DNA of 24,000 nucleotides from Pseudomonadota bacterium. GTDB taxonomy: Bacteria > Pseudomonadota > Alphaproteobacteria > Rhizobiales > Xanthobacteraceae. The number at the start of each line of letters is the position of its first letter. The stretch's first letter is position 1. Shown piece after piece: positions 23,542 through 24,000 of the stretch. Made by a program: the position numbers and the translations under genes. The stretch covers positions 16,353-40,352 of the forward strand of contig JAEWFG010000235.1 in NCBI GenBank assembly GCA_023388935.1, in the 5' to 3' direction. The notes below the pieces were generated by a model, which was given only the letters and a program-made list of their open reading frames with translations, was not told the origin of the DNA and made no database searches.

Positions 23542-23979
23542 ATGCGAACCATCGAACGACCATGGAATGATGCGGACACGCGCGAGCTTCGCAAACTGTG
23601 GAGCGCTAACGCGCCGTCGTCGCTGATCGCCAATATGCTCTACCGATCACGAAGCTCGGTATGCGGCAAGGTTTCCAGATTGAAGTTGAAGCGCGAAAAG
23701 AAGCCGATCCTGCCGACGAAAGCGCGGGTGAGATCGCGCCAGGCGAAAGCGGCGCAGCCGCTCAACGTGAGCAACGCGCCAATGAAATTTGGCTCGATCG
23801 AGAGCTATGCGCCGAAGCCGGTCCCGTTCCTGAAAGCGAAGCAGTGGCACTGTCGAGCTGTGCTCGACGAAAAAGGCCGCGATGGCCTTGCGCTGTTTTG
23901 CGGCGCGCGGGCGGTGCGCGGGCACGCATGGTGCGAACATCACTTGATCCGTTTCACCACAGCGCAGGGGCGAGCCTAG
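23542..23979 (+). CDS. gcrA: GcrA-family cell-cycle regulator homologue (phage-borne)
   Basis: The N-terminal part PWNDADTRELRKLWSANAPSSLIANML..SRSSVCGKVSRLKL matches the GcrA N-terminal HTH (WT.E....L..LW..G.SAS.IA..LG.vSRNAViGKvHRLgL). The C-terminal part HCRAVLDE...ALFCGARAVRGHAWCEHH matches the conserved Cys/His C-terminus. Confidence 0.8.
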   Translation: MRTIERPWNDADTRELRKLWSANAPSSLIANMLYRSRSSVCGKVSRLKLKREKKPILPTKARVRSRQAKAAQPLNVSNAPMKFGSIESYAPKPVPFLKAKQWHCRAVLDEKGRDGLALFCGARAVRGHAWCEHHLIRFTTAQGRA

Positions 23980-24000
23980 CCATGTCGTTGCCACGCATGG

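Larger units (their letters stand above)
16137..24000. mobile_element. Prophage-like integrative element (left part), continuing past the window end
   Basis: It has a large serine recombinase at one end. A >5-kb minus-strand operon of tightly packed or overlapping genes includes RecE-like/RecT, HNH and small ORFs. A divergent control region is followed by a GcrA-like gene on the plus strand. Confidence 0.8.

Noticed and set aside
23375-23626. 83-aa plus-strand ORF upstream of and overlapping the GcrA-like gene
   Set aside because: It overlaps the gcrA-like start by 85 nt in another frame, has mixed codon usage, and shows no SD. The hydrophobic N-terminus alone is not enough evidence.
23982-24000. 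ATG-initiated ORF starting 2 nt after the gcrA-like stop
   Set aside because: Only 19 nt are visible, so it is mentioned as context and cannot be supported as a feature.
1-24000. CRISPR arrays, rRNA genes, tRNA genes, IS elements with terminal inverted repeats
   Set aside because: No regularly spaced direct repeats, no rRNA- or tRNA-like sequences, and no transposase ORF were found on reading either strand.

Overview
High-G+C alphaproteobacterial chromosome segment. It looks Bradyrhizobium/Nitrobacteraceae-like, inferred only from protein content and the characteristic hairpin-rich intergenic repeats. Nt 1-13801 is ordinary core genome: the 3' part of glyS, a small secreted DUF1236-like protein, a 51-aa DUF3096-like membrane peptide, and pyruvate phosphate dikinase with an unusual ~83-aa Ala/Lys/Pro-rich N-terminal extension. 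It continues with a SleB-family cell-wall hydrolase, the minus-strand nadA-nadB-nadC operon preceded by two copies of a 19-bp palindrome, a divergent MFS transporter, and a YhdH/AcuI-type oxidoreductase. From ~13802 to the window end, composition and gene style change. First comes a visibly lower-G+C islet (~13802-16136). It holds ~430 bp of non-coding DNA with strong palindromes and three minus-strand genes: a 3-TM membrane protein, a protein with a HARE-HTH-like C-terminus, and a PBECR/BECR-fold-like putative nuclease. Second comes a prophage-like element (16137 to beyond 24000). It has a large serine recombinase and a tightly overlapping minus-strand early operon: RecE-like PD-(D/E)XK exonuclease, RecT, a DnaA-domain-IV-like HTH protein, a HicA-like protein, a coiled-coil protein, a TSCPD-like protein, an HNH protein, a zinc ribbon protein and several small ORFs. 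A divergent GcrA-like regulator follows. The best candidate for an undescribed system is the HARE-HTH-like + PBECR-like two-gene cassette at 14233-15253, with its structured translation signals, sitting next to the integrase. No rRNA, tRNA or CRISPR array was seen. All family assignments rest on motif recognition by eye and need profile or structure searches.
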